The notes beneath the pieces were generated by a model, which saw only the letters and a list, made by a program, of their open reading frames with translations, ran no database searches and was not told the DNA's origin. Source: Dipteris shenzhenensis (lineage: Eukaryota). From it: a stretch of DNA of 64,000 nucleotides. Below, piece by piece: positions 13,140 to 24,751 of this stretch. A program made the translations under genes and the position numbers. The stretch lies in assembly GCA_047967505.1 (NCBI GenBank), contig CM106538.1; one strand, 5' to 3'. Each line of letters begins with the position of its first letter. Position 1 is the first letter of the stretch.

Positions 13140-15635
13140 TTATCTTGGATAACACACCTAGGAGCGCATTTTTTGACGATTGTGCATAATACTAGGGCAA
13201 AAATGGTGTATAATGCATTATCGACCATGAAAACAATATCCTATAGGCATAATGCTTTGCACAAAGCACAAGATGGGTGGTATTCACATGCGTGCAAAGT
13301 GTCACACCATTTAATAAGTACTTGTTTGATTAACATACATAGGAGCGTGTTTAATGCTTGATCGACTAAAGAAAGCATATGTGATTGGCACAATACTTTG
13401 CATGCATATAAATCTCAGTTGTATTGAGTCACATGCAAAGTGGCATGTTAATCCAATAAGTAATTGTGCGGATAACACACCTACGAGCGTGTTTTTAATG
13501 GTTGTGCATAACACAGGGGGGAAATGGTGTATAATGTGTGATCGACCATGCATTGCATATCCAATGGTCACAAAAATTTGCACGCACATCACTCTAGGTG
13601 GTATTGACTTTCATGCAAAGTGGCTCCCCCATCCGATAAGTACTTGTTTAAATAACACACCTAGGACTGTGTTTTTTTATGATTGTATATGAGAGTGAGG
13701 CAAAAACGGTGATTAATGCTTGATCAACCATGTAGAGCATATCCAATGAGCACAATACTTTGCACATGCCTCAAAATAGGTGGTATGCAATTGTATGAAA
13801 ATTGGCGCGCCCCTCCGATAAGTACTTGTTCGGATAACATACCTAGGAGTGTGTTTTTTAACAGATGTGCATGACAGTGAGGCAAAAACGCTTCATCAAC
13901 CATGCAAAGCATATCGGCTGGGCACAATGCTTTGCACACACCTCAACCTAGGAGGTATTGAGTTGCATGCAAAGTGGCCTGCCTATCCCATGAGTACTTG
14001 TTCAGATACTACACCAAGGAGCACATTTTTGGATAGTTGTGCATAACACTAGGGGGAAAACATTGTATAATGCGTGATCGAACTTGAAAATAATATCCGA
14101 TGGGCACAATACTTTGCATGCACCTTAACTAGGTGGTATTGACTTGTGTGAAAAGTGGCACCCCCATCCGATAAGTACATGTTTGGAAAACACGTTGAGA
14201 AGCATGTTTTTTTATGGATGTGCATTACACTGAGGTAAAAACAGAGGTTAATGCTTCATCATCCAAGAAAATCATATGGGATGGGCACAATACTATGCAA
14301 GCACCTCAACCTAGGTGGTATTGAGTTGCATGCAAAGCAACTCAATACCACCTAGGGGGAAAACCGTGTATAATGCGTGATCGACCATGCAAAGCATATC
14401 CGATGGTCACAATACTTTGCACACACCTCAGCCTAAGTGGTATTCACTTTCTTGCAAACTAATACCTCCATCTGATAAGGACCTGTTCACATAACACACC
14501 TAGGACCGTGTTCTTTTAGGGTTGTGCATGACACTAAGGCAAAAATGGTGTTTAATGCTTGATCAACCATGGAAAGAAAATTCAATGGACACAATACTTT
14601 GCAAACACCTCAACCTAGATGGTATTGACTTGCATGAAAAGTGGTGTGCCCATTTGATAAGTACTTTCTCGGATAACACACCTACGAGCATTTTTTTTTA
14701 CAGATGTGCATCACACTAAGGAAAAAAGGGTGTTTAATGCTTGATAGACAATGCAAAGCATATCCGATGGCCACAATACTTTGCATGACCCTCAAGCTAG
14801 GTGGTATTAACTTGCATGCAAAGTGGTGTTCCCATCCTATAAGTACTTATTCGGATAACACACCTATGAGCATGTTTTCTTATGATTTAGCATAACACTA
14901 GATGAAAAACGGTGTATAAGGCATGATCGATGATACATAGCTTATCCGATGGGTACAATAATTTGCACGAACCTCAACCTAGGTGAAATTGACTTGCATG
15001 CAAAGTGGCACCCCCATTCGATTAGTACTTTCTCAAATAACACACCTAGGACCATGATTTTTTATTGTTGTGCATGACACTAAGGCAAAAATGGTGTTTA
15101 ATGCTTGATCGATAGTGCAAAGCATATCCGATGGGCACAATGCTCTACACATGCACCAACACAGGTGGTATTGACTTGCATGCAAAGTGGCATGCCCATC
15201 CCATAAGTACTTGTTCGAATTACACACCTAGGACCGTGTTTTTTAATGGTTGTGCATGACACTAAGGCAAAAACAGTGTTTATTATTTCATGCTTGATCG
15301 AAAATGCAAAGCATATCCGATGGGCACAATACTTTGCATGCACCTCAAACCATGTGGTATTGACTTGCATGCAAAGTGGAGCACTCATCCCATAAGTGCA
15401 TGTTCGGATAACACATCTAGGGTGTGTTTTTTGATGGATGTGCATCACACAGAGGCGAAAACGATGTTTAATTCTTGATCAACCAAGAAATGCATATTGC
15501 ATGGGCACAATACTATGCAAGAGCCTCAACCTAGGTGGTATTGAGTTGCATGCAAAGCCATAGGCCCGTCCCATAAGTACTTGTTTGGATAACACACCTA
15601 GAGTGTTTTTTTACGATTGTGGATAACACTAGGGG
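13140..15635 (+). repeat. ~182-bp satellite array 1 (about 14 diverged monomers)
   Basis: Recurring GATAACACACCTAGG...TTTAATGCTTGATCG...GGGCACAATACTTTGCA...GGTGGTATTGACTTGCATGCAAAGTGG...ATAAGTACTTG at ~180-bp spacing. Confidence 0.95.
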
Positions 15636-17499
15636 GAGTTCAAGAATGGGGGGGCTTCTATTTGGGTACACTTGGTTGGTGACAAATACACACGGGGAGT
15701 TCGAGAAGACTTGCATGATATGGGTAGGATGCCTCACTTGTGGACCCAAGAGTGTGTGTGTAGAACCCAAGAGCATGGTTCTACAACTCAAGAGGGTGAT
15801 TCAAGAACCCAAGAGCATCCTCTTGGAATTGTTCTCCCGAAGGCACCATGGATCCTCTCCAACATAGAGAAGCCAAGGGTGAAGGCATACATTGCATCTT
15901 TTTAAACACCCCACAAGACACATGTGTTGCCTTAGGGGAGCATTTACAAAGGACAATAATCTTAGTGGCCTCAAGTCCAATGATTGGCACAAGGTCTTAT
16001 AGGTATTCTACATGTAAGCTTGAATGCTTAGTAGAACTAGGATTGTGATGGTTTTGTGTAACTTATATGATTGTGATACATTGTTATAACTCCATTGTTG
16101 CTTGGGTAGTTTATCCTCCCAATTATAGTGAGAGGATTCTTATTAAAAGATGTTAGAAAAACTATCTAAAGATCAGTGGCATTGTCAGGTATGCTTACTA
16201 TCATATCACCTTATTATATTTCATACAATTTTAAATGATATGTAGACAATATTGAATCTTACGGGTGCATGTGGAATAGGTGGATCTCACAAAAATAGAT
16301 CTATGTATCAAGCATCGAGAGGGATACTTCCTTCTTTTGGGGAAAAAATATGTTCATGTCAATGTATGGATATGGTGATTAGGGTACATAAAGACTTGGA
16401 TCAAGTACAACATAATGTTGACATGTGTTCCAATAAGTGCCTATGTCTTAGTACACCTACTTCCATGATGACATCGGGTTACTCTCTTGGCTTCTTTTAA
16501 AATTGATTTCCCTCTTCCATTGGAGTTCCTCTCTGTAGAGGAGATTTTGTGGTTAGTTGATATCATAATGTGAATAAATTATAACAATCCTATGTTACAA
16601 GATCTAGATGGAATTTGTACTTCTAAATACTTTTTTGGGAAGGGTTGATTGAGTGCATGAATTAGTAGATTGACAATAATCTTGAATTAACACAAAATTT
16701 AATTCTTTTAACATGACGAAAATATTTTTGCAAGAAAATTTAGTTGTATAGAAAATTATTTTAAAATTATGCTTTTGATAGTAATTTGTTTAAAAGTCAA
16801 TTGCAAAACCTATATTGTCTGAATTTTTATGATACTCCTTCATTCAAGGACATTTTTGTACACTAAGTACATTGGTTACATCTATTTCTTCATAATAATT
16901 GGTAGCCATGGAAACTTTTTATGCTTTCATTCCATTTTTCTCTCTCTTTGAATACATGTATATCATTTTTTTAGTGAAAGCATTGTGCGAGTCTTCAAAA
17001 CCATGGACTTTCTTTAGTTCCATAAATACAGCAAGGTGAGAATCAATATCTATGTGAATCTGGTTGAAATATTACGATTATGTCCTTGTGCTTTAATTTG
17101 CCATGTTTGTGATGATAAAGAGCAATCATCTTCCAATCTATCAAAGAACTTGCAATGGATCCTCCTATAAATGGGTCCTCCTATAAATGTGTCTAATTTA
17201 CCTTTTGTATCAAGGTAGTGGCTCAACAAAATTCTTGTAAAGGACATCTAGGGTGTGTTGGGGTGCATCAGTGTATTCATCCTTACATGGTAGAAGAACT
17301 ATGTGACCCTTACCAAGCCCTCATAGATCACTTGTTTACAAGATGTAGGCATTGGCTTATCCATTCTTAGGAACTCAAATATTAGCTTTGTGAGCATATG
17401 TGCTTTTAGATCTGAAACATACTTTAAGGTCGTCTCCTCTATTTCGACAGGATGGTCATTCATGTTCCTTCTTCATCTATATCATAAATTCATCAAGAG

Positions 17500-17760
17500 C
17501 ATAGTTAGTTGTACTGAATAAAAACTAAAATGACCAAAAGAGTGTTGGATAAGATGAAATTGGATACTTATAATCTTAAAATTTGATTAATTATGACAAA
17601 GCTACATAAATTCATCAAGAGAGTAGTTAGTTGTACTGAATAAAAACTAAAATGACCAAAAGAGTGTTGGATAGGATGAAATTGGATACTTATAATCGAG
17701 TGTTGGATAGGATGAAATTGGATACTTATAATCTCAAAAATTTATTAATTGTACATACTT
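17500..17760. repeat. Intronic tandem duplication (~120-bp unit), also present in the paralog at ~60820-61060
   Basis: TAGTTAGTTGTACTGAATAAAAACTAAAATGACCAAAAGAGTGTTGGATA occurs twice in each TPS copy. Copy 1 has an extra short repeat unit. Confidence 0.85.
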
Positions 17761-18332
17761 TATTCAAAATGTATAAGGAATTTTGTTTGACATTTACCCT
17801 AAATTTTTGGATGTCATTTGTGAGTCGAGATGCCAAGCACATCAGCCTAAGAAACTTTGATCGATAGTCTAAATATGACAACATATCGTCACTAATTAAG
17901 ACTTCCCCACAAAACATTAACGTAGTGATAGCAATGGCTCCATTGCCTATGGAATAAATCCCATTATCAAGTTACTCTTGCAATCCTGGAGTGTATTTTG
18001 ATGTTGCCCATTTAGCTTCCATGACTTTGCTTGCAATCACATTTGCCCATTGTCATCACAAATATCAAAACATTGGAATGTGATTTAGAACTAGAGTCAT
18101 AGGAAATATAATTAACTTGTTTCTCTCCTTTTAAGAGTTATGGCCAGCATGTAAAAGCTAACAATTTGCTCGAGCTAACATGCCCAAAGAATTTGACAGA
18201 TCTATTTTTTTGCCGAAAAAACAGTGCTAATTATATTACTTCGAGAACAAGATACAAGAGGTCAGCTTATAGCTGACGGGCTGCGTTCACAAACCGGACG
18301 CAGCCCAAAAGGTAGCATAATAGATCATACTC

Positions 18333-21300
18333 TCACGGAGGGATATGCTGAGTGTGAATGAACAGCCATCGGGGTGGTGAGTAGTGCCACCGAAGGCCCT
18401 GCGTAGTCTGCTCGAAGAAGAGGCTCTGTGTGGCCCAAGCCTGGAGGAAGCGTCTCCGCTTCTCCTGACCGGCCCGGGAGTCTCCCTGAATCTGGTCCCA
18501 CTGGCCTCTGAGGGTATGAATAATCTCACTCCAAATCTCCGCCATGATCTGGGCAGTCGATAAGGAGGTGCCACCGAGGATCTGCGCGCAGCGCGAGGTC
18601 CAGATGTGCCATCCTGTAATGCTGCTGATAATCTCCCAGACTGGCTGCCTCTCCCGAAATCCTGTATCAGCCTCTGCTAGGTGCTGTGGGATACCCTCGA
18701 GCGGCCCCCACGTCCCCTGTGTGATAAGGAAAGTGGGGTCCTGCTGGCATGCCTCGAACAAGTGATGAAGACCAGGTGCGGTGCTGCACCAACAGAACGC
18801 GCCCCAAGTGATCACTCCTAGCTCTGGTGCTGCACGAGCAAGAAGCCCGAAAGTCCACCTCCACACTTCCTGGGCGCGCGTGCAGCTCCACAGGCAGTGT
18901 TTTGGTGACTCCTCATCCGCATGGCAAATCTGACAGCAACCGTCCTGGCCTATCTGCCTCAACCAGCTCCCCACTGGAAGACCTTTGTGGGTAAGAAGCC
19001 ACAGGAAGTATGAGATCTTCCGCGGCCGCCAGCTCTCCCACAAGGCCTTCCAGAATGCCTGCAAAAAGAACCTGGAAATACCCTGTGCGTACCAGCTAGG
19101 GCGCTGGGTGGGGGGGCGGCTCTGCATCCTCCCGAGAACTCGCCTGCCCAGAGTCGTGCTGTAAGCGAAGAAGGAAGTCGGCCCCTGTCCTGTCACAATC
19201 TCTGGCCACCGCCACTCTCCTGGGTCCCACTCAAGTTCTGACAAGGACCGCCCCTCCCAGAGCCAAAGACGCCAAAGCTGCAACTGGTCCTGCTCGATAC
19301 TAGGGTCGGTATGCCAGACCTTCCCCAGAAGGCCTACGACCCTAACCCTCTGCCACGGGAGTAGGGGGTCGATGAGCGCATCCTCTCTCCTGAGTCGTCC
19401 ATCCCCTGAAACCGCGAAGAAGGCGATAGAGGAGTCATCCAAACGTCCTGCGACCACCAGTGGGATGCCACGGGGGGTGAACTGTCCCAGCCAGTGGGTG
19501 TCTCCAGGCATGAGGACCTGAGGCTCAGGTGGAGCCAACCAAGCGGCTGGGATCGCACCGTCGATCTCCGTGCGTCTCGCCTGGACTCCGCGTGCACCTC
19601 CAGCTGCGTCTGCAAGATCGGCCATCTCCAGATGTCTGTACGTATCCCTCCAAACTCGAAGGGACCGGGCTGGCCCCCTCATCCAGCCGTCCCACCTGAT
19701 ATGTGATCTCTCCCCCAACTGAAGGCCCTCGGTGTCTCTGACCTGCCCATTCCAGACGAGCGGCTGGCGATCGATCTCCTCCTGACAGCTGGGCTGGGAC
19801 TGAATGAGACTGAGACGGAGCCGCCTCCAAACCATGAGGAGGCTACGAACGAGTGGGGAGCGGGGCTGAGTGAGCGGGGCGGAAGTGAAGATCCACCTGA
19901 AGGACGGTAGCCACTCTCCACCTCGGCGCGGGACACAAGAGCCGACTCCCTGCTGAAGTAACATCTTCCACGTCTGCCCCCCTGGGGTCAAACCGCGGAT
20001 GATAAGCTTGCCTAACAAGGCCTGACTCTGAAGCTCTGGATCAATGACCCCCAGACCACCCTCAGCCTGCGGAAGAATGACTGTCTGCCAAGCAACCCTG
20101 GCTCTGGTATCTCTATGCCCATCCTCCCCAGACCAAAGAAAGTTCCGAACCAACCTCCTGAGCTGTGCCACGCTGGATCTCGAGAACCACCAACAGGAAG
20201 CCACATACCAAGCCGTGGCTAGAAGGACCTGGTTAACTACTAAAGCACGACCTGCAAGGGAAAGCTTAGCAGTGCTCCAGAAAGCTAGCTTCCGTCGGAT
20301 GGAATCTAGCACCGGGAGAAACTGCTGAGCTGGCGTAATGTCTAGGCCAACCTGGAAGCCAAGGTATCTAGCTGTCTGTCCACGTGGAATCCATCTGAAG
20401 CCCAGAAATCGCCCCCACTGAGAACACGCCCCCGGGTCTGTGAGAAAACCAACTGATTTGTTCCAGTTGATTTTCGCACCAGCGGCCGAGCAGAAAACCT
20501 CCAGGGCCATCCGCACCCTCTCTAGCATCCTCTCATCGTCCTGGACATAAAGGGCTGTATCATCTGCGTACTCTGAGTCCAGAAGCTCCGTGTCCTCCCG
20601 GAGTGGAAGGCGAACACCCCTGAGCCCTGTGGACCTCGCCCGAAGGTAGTAAGTCATGGCCTCGGCGAAGAAGAGAAACAGATAAGGAGCCAGGGGACAG
20701 CCCTGACGTACTGATCTCTCCAAGCTGAATCGCTCACCCATCCTGCCTCCAATGATGACTCTGCTGGACGCTGTCCTGTACAAAGCTGAGATACCCTGAA
20801 TCCAGCCTGCCGGGAAACCTAGCCGCTCCAGAGTCCCCTCCAAAAAGGACCAATCCACGCGATCGTAGGCCTTCTCGAAGTCGAGAAGTAAAATGGCAAG
20901 GTGTGATCCGCTGTACTGAGCCCACTCCGCCGCCTCTGAAAAGGTGAAGACATTATCCAGGATACTGCGATCCTGGACAAAGCCTGTCTGAGTGTCATGG
21001 ACGAGGTCTGGAAGTAGAGGTCGAACTCTGGCACTGATCATCTTGGCGAGGATTTTGTAGGCAGTGGTAAGGAGAGTGATCGGACGCCACTGGCGGATCT
21101 CCTGTCTATCTCCTCCCTTCGGGATGAGGCAAATCAGTCTCGAGGAAAGGCTCTCTGGCATCTGACCGCTGCTGAAAATCCCCTGCAGAGCTGCAAGGAG
21201 GGGCTGATGGATCTGGTCCCAGAAGGAGGTGAAGAAAGCTCGGGATAGCCCATCCTCACCTGGGCATTTCTGCCCATCAATGGCCATCAAGGCCTCCAAC

Positions 21301-22724
21301 ATCTCATCCGAGGTGAACGGCGCCAACAACGTCGCCTGCATGCTAGGCTGGACAAGGGATGGAATGTGCCTCCACACCTCCTCACGGTCACGACTAGCAC
21401 GAGGGGCAAGTGGCTCCTGCTGGAAGAGGGTCCTATAGAAGTCAGTGGCCAACCCCAGGACCTCCCCCGGGTCCGTAACAATGTGACCATCCGCTGTCCT
21501 GAGACTCCGTAGCTGATCCCCTGCAGCTCTCTGGCCGTGTGTCCTGAAGAACTCCCTGCACATCCGGTCACCCTTCCGAGCCCAGAAGGAGAGAGAGGCG
21601 TGATAGGAGAACTCGGAGCGACGCTGGAGGGTCTCCTCCAAGAGGGCTCTGGCTCGAAGGGCCTGGATCCGAAGCTCCTCCGAGCACGGGGAAGACTGCT
21701 GAAGTCGCTGAATGGAGGCGAGGTCCCTCCGAAGAGCTCTCTCTCTGCCCCACCAATCCTGTCGAACCTGTAGGGCTGCGAGCTGGCAGATCTGGCTGGA
21801 CTCCTGCAGAGCCTGCGCGACCGAGTCTACCAGATCCACGGCCTCGCCCCAGTCTCTGTCCCAAAGACTGCAAATGCTGCTACGGACGTCCACCCTCGAG
21901 AAGATGGAATCGGGAATCCTGCATGATCGGGGGGGGAGAGTCTGGGCTGCCGAATCTAATGAAAGGAGCACAGGCACATGGTCGGAGAGTGTCGTCCCTG
22001 GAACTATGCCCGCCTGGACACCTCTGCTGATGGCCCAATCACTGACATAAAACCTATCAAGCCACTCCAGGAGTCTGCCTCCTTCCCTGCGGAAGCCCCA
22101 AGAGAAGTCCAGGCTCCCGTGCCAACGCCGGAAGGACGAGTCTCTCCAACTGTCCCTCCCTCCTGTCGCGAAGATGAAAGAGTCCCAAGCTGACTGCTCT
22201 GCCTGAGCCATACCTGTGAACTCCGGATCTCTACCCTGCTGGTCCTCCAAGGTCTCCAGGTTGTTGAAGTCTCCTCCAACAATCCAGGAATCCATGTCTG
22301 GAAGAAACCCTGTAAGTGTCCTCCAGAAGGTGGCTCTGCAACGGAGGTCTGTGGGAGCATAAATGTTGAGGATTCCTATCTTGGATCCCTCCAAATTCAG
22401 GCCTACCCAAAGGGCTCGGCCTGGGATCAACGTGCCGTGACCGAAAACTATCTGAGCTAACTGCTCACACACGGAGGTACAGACCCCCCCGCTCCTCCCC
22501 TGTGCGCCGATCGAAGGCTCCCAATAAGTGTATGAGCGTCTAGGGAGAACCTTCCCGCAGCTGCGGGCATGAGCCGCAGAAAGCTTGTGCTCCTGGAGCA
22601 GCAGTACATCCAATCGACCAATCACTGCAGGCTGAAGTTCCTGACGCAAAATGAGCTTCCTGGGACCACGGGTGCTCGAAGAGTGAAACCCGTTCACATT
22701 CCAGGATACGAGGTGTAGGCTCAT
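18333..22724 (-). CDS. LINE ORF2p, 1463 aa: APE endonuclease, reverse transcriptase, zf-RVT
   Basis: Uninterrupted ORF with SWNVNG, LQEH, GGDFN, LDRFY and SDH (APE); WRPITLL, LDFEKAYD, RQGCPLAP and YADD (RT); CQIC...HCLWSC (zf-RVT). Confidence 0.97.
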   Translation of the reverse strand: MSLHLVSWNVNGFHSSSTRGPRKLILRQELQPAVIGRLDVLLLQEHKLSAAHARSCGKVLPRRSYTYWEPSIGAQGRSGGVCTSVCEQLAQIVFGHGTLIPGRALWVGLNLEGSKIGILNIYAPTDLRCRATFWRTLTGFLPDMDSWIVGGDFNNLETLEDQQGRDPEFTGMAQAEQSAWDSFIFATGGRDSWRDSSFRRWHGSLDFSWGFRREGGRLLEWLDRFYVSDWAISRGVQAGIVPGTTLSDHVPVLLSLDSAAQTLPPRSCRIPDSIFSRVDVRSSICSLWDRDWGEAVDLVDSVAQALQESSQICQLAALQVRQDWWGRERALRRDLASIQRLQQSSPCSEELRIQALRARALLEETLQRRSEFSYHASLSFWARKGDRMCREFFRTHGQRAAGDQLRSLRTADGHIVTDPGEVLGLATDFYRTLFQQEPLAPRASRDREEVWRHIPSLVQPSMQATLLAPFTSDEMLEALMAIDGQKCPGEDGLSRAFFTSFWDQIHQPLLAALQGIFSSGQMPESLSSRLICLIPKGGDRQEIRQWRPITLLTTAYKILAKMISARVRPLLPDLVHDTQTGFVQDRSILDNVFTFSEAAEWAQYSGSHLAILLLDFEKAYDRVDWSFLEGTLERLGFPAGWIQGISALYRTASSRVIIGGRMGERFSLERSVRQGCPLAPYLFLFFAEAMTYYLRARSTGLRGVRLPLREDTELLDSEYADDTALYVQDDERMLERVRMALEVFCSAAGAKINWNKSVGFLTDPGACSQWGRFLGFRWIPRGQTARYLGFQVGLDITPAQQFLPVLDSIRRKLAFWSTAKLSLAGRALVVNQVLLATAWYVASCWWFSRSSVAQLRRLVRNFLWSGEDGHRDTRARVAWQTVILPQAEGGLGVIDPELQSQALLGKLIIRGLTPGGQTWKMLLQQGVGSCVPRRGGEWLPSFRWIFTSAPLTQPRSPLVRSLLMVWRRLRLSLIQSQPSCQEEIDRQPLVWNGQVRDTEGLQLGERSHIRWDGWMRGPARSLRVWRDTYRHLEMADLADAAGGARGVQARRTEIDGAIPAAWLAPPEPQVLMPGDTHWLGQFTPRGIPLVVAGRLDDSSIAFFAVSGDGRLRREDALIDPLLPWQRVRVVGLLGKVWHTDPSIEQDQLQLWRLWLWEGRSLSELEWDPGEWRWPEIVTGQGPTSFFAYSTTLGRRVLGRMQSRPPTQRPSWYAQGISRFFLQAFWKALWESWRPRKISYFLWLLTHKGLPVGSWLRQIGQDGCCQICHADEESPKHCLWSCTRAQEVWRWTFGLLARAAPELGVITWGAFCWCSTAPGLHHLFEACQQDPTFLITQGTWGPLEGIPQHLAEADTGFRERQPVWEIISSITGWHIWTSRCAQILGGTSLSTAQIMAEIWSEIIHTLRGQWDQIQGDSRAGQEKRRRFLQAWATQSLFFEQTTQGLRWHYSPPRWLFIHTQHIPP

Positions 22725-24751
22725 GGAGAGGGATGGGGGGCTGCGAACAGCTGTCTGCTCGCAGTCGAAGTCGAAGAAGAATCAGACATATCGGAGTGGA
22801 GGCGCTGCCGCTTGTGAGAAGGTTTGGAGGGGGAGACGGGGTCGTCCTGCCCGTTCTTCAACACCTTCAGCAATGGCGAGAGGCCTCTAGTGCCATGAGC
22901 AAATGCTTTCTCGAGCCAACTCGAGATCTCTGAAGTGGTCATCCCGTAGAAGGTTCGGAGTTTCTGTTGGGACCAAGCTCTGACATCCTGGGGAAGAGGC
23001 CATGCCAGGGGGGGTCTGAGGATCACGATCAATCGGAAACGTTTGGCAGCGCAACGCCACCGCAAGCGCACATCGCCCTCGGACCACTGAGTCTCGAGGA
23101 GCTGCCCACCGGACGGGCCTATCCAGGAGCAAATCTGGGCGTGTGTCTGCTCTCTGAGAGCCTCCCACACCGAGTCGTCTGTCCAAGTCTCGGTGCCATC
23201 GCTGAGGAACGTGAAGGCGAAGCTAGGGCCATCCCTGGGAGCCAAGGCAGCAATCTTCCCATCCGCCCCTTTGCGGAGCATGAAGATACTAATGTCGAGA
23301 CAAGCCGGGAAGGTCCCAAGGTCGGCCACATCCAGGTAATCCCAGGGGCCAGATCTGTAAAAGTCTCGAGGGAGCTCTCTCTCCTGGAGCTGAGACCCAG
23401 CTGAGTCTGCCACTGAGGGGCTAGCGGGAAGGGAAACCTGCTCCACTGGTGGTACAGACTCCGGGTGTCCTACAAGCGGGGGGGGAGGGGGAGGAGGCTG
23501 CGGGATAGGCGACTCGGGCTCCACGGAGGCGACTGGCGGAGAAGGTGGAGGAGGTGGAACGGAGGCTGCACTCGGCTAGGAAGGCGACGGTGCAGCTAAC
23601 TCTGTAGGAGGGGCGAGGGGAGCAGGGGGGGGAGGGGGATGGGGATGCATCTGGAACTGGGGCTGAGGGGGAGGGGGAGGGGGAGGGGACTGAGGGAAAG
23701 GAGGCGGGGGCTGAAACTGCGGGGCGGGCGAAGGGGGGGGAAACTGCGGAGAAGGCGGGGGGGTGGGAGAGAGGAGGATCTGAGGCTGTGGAGGGCGGGC
23801 TGCCGTCGAAGAAGAAGCTCTCCCAGGTCCCTGGGGCATCTGCCTGTCAGGTCTCTGGAGTGCTGCTGCAGGAAGGGTGACCTCTGCCTCCTTGCCTTTA
23901 TCCGAAATCTTCTTATTCTTTCCTCTTTTCCTTCGAACCTCGGTCCAACCGCCCACTACCTCTGGCCCAGGCTTCGACTGCCTCGGCTCCTCCTGACGTG
24001 GCTGTCCGGGGGGGGGAGGTGGGGGCGGAGGGGGCGGGGGCGGGGAGGGTCGAGACGAGCTGGCAAAGCGTGGACAAGCAGCCGCCAAGTGCCCAAAGCC
24101 ATGGCACCGCAGGCACTGACCTGGCTGTCTGGTGACTATCATGCTCTGGGTGATACTGCCGGCACCTGTCACGATCTCGATCACTGCAGGGAGAGTCGCA
24201 GGATCCGCCACAGCCACACGGACTCGGGGAGCTCCTGCCGTGGTCACCGCGTCGGCAAAGGTGTCATGCATAACCCAGCCAAAATGGGAGCCCAAGTCCC
24301 TGACAATCGGCCGCAGCTCAGTAGCAAGCCCTGGAAAAACTAGTGTCACTGGGTGGCGAGGTATACGGAACCGAGTATCGAAATCCGCTGCGCTGAAACC
24401 ACGGTACCACGAGACTATCATGATGATCTTCCCATCCACCGATGTGGGGGAACCGGCAATCAGATTGCTCGCAGCTTTCTCACTGGAGAGTTTGAGCCAG
24501 AAGATGCCCCTTCCCATAAGGGCCACCTCCTCAATGTGGCCATCCTCTAGCAAGAGAGTGGACTGGAGCCAGTCCCTGATGGTAGACCTGGAGGGGGAGT
24601 GTCCAATGACTCTACCGTAAACAGAGGTACGAGCAAAGTCACTGGCTACCGCCTGAACACGGGATGATTGTTGCTCTGTCAGGATAACGCGGTAGGCATC
24701 TGGAGAGGGAGGGTCCGACTGGGCCTCTGGATCCGGGCTGGGGGCCGCCAT
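22721..24751 (-). CDS. LINE ORF1p, ~676 codons, with one premature in-frame TAG at 23576-23578
   Basis: ATG (MAAPSPD) at 24751; DUF4283-like region (MGRGIFWLKL); CCHC knuckle CLRCHGFGHLAAAC; Pro-rich linker. Track ORFs 23576..25408 and 22721..23524 are in the same frame and read PSPS*PSAASVPP across the stop. Confidence 0.85.

Noticed and set aside
15632-16140. Solo LTR ending satellite array 1
   Set aside because: There is a purine tract and LTR-like composition, but I could not define TG...CA ends, a TSD or a partner.
22721-23524. Separate third LINE ORF
   Set aside because: It is in the same frame as ORF1, has no ATG start and is separated by a single TAG, so it is best read as the ORF1 C-terminus.
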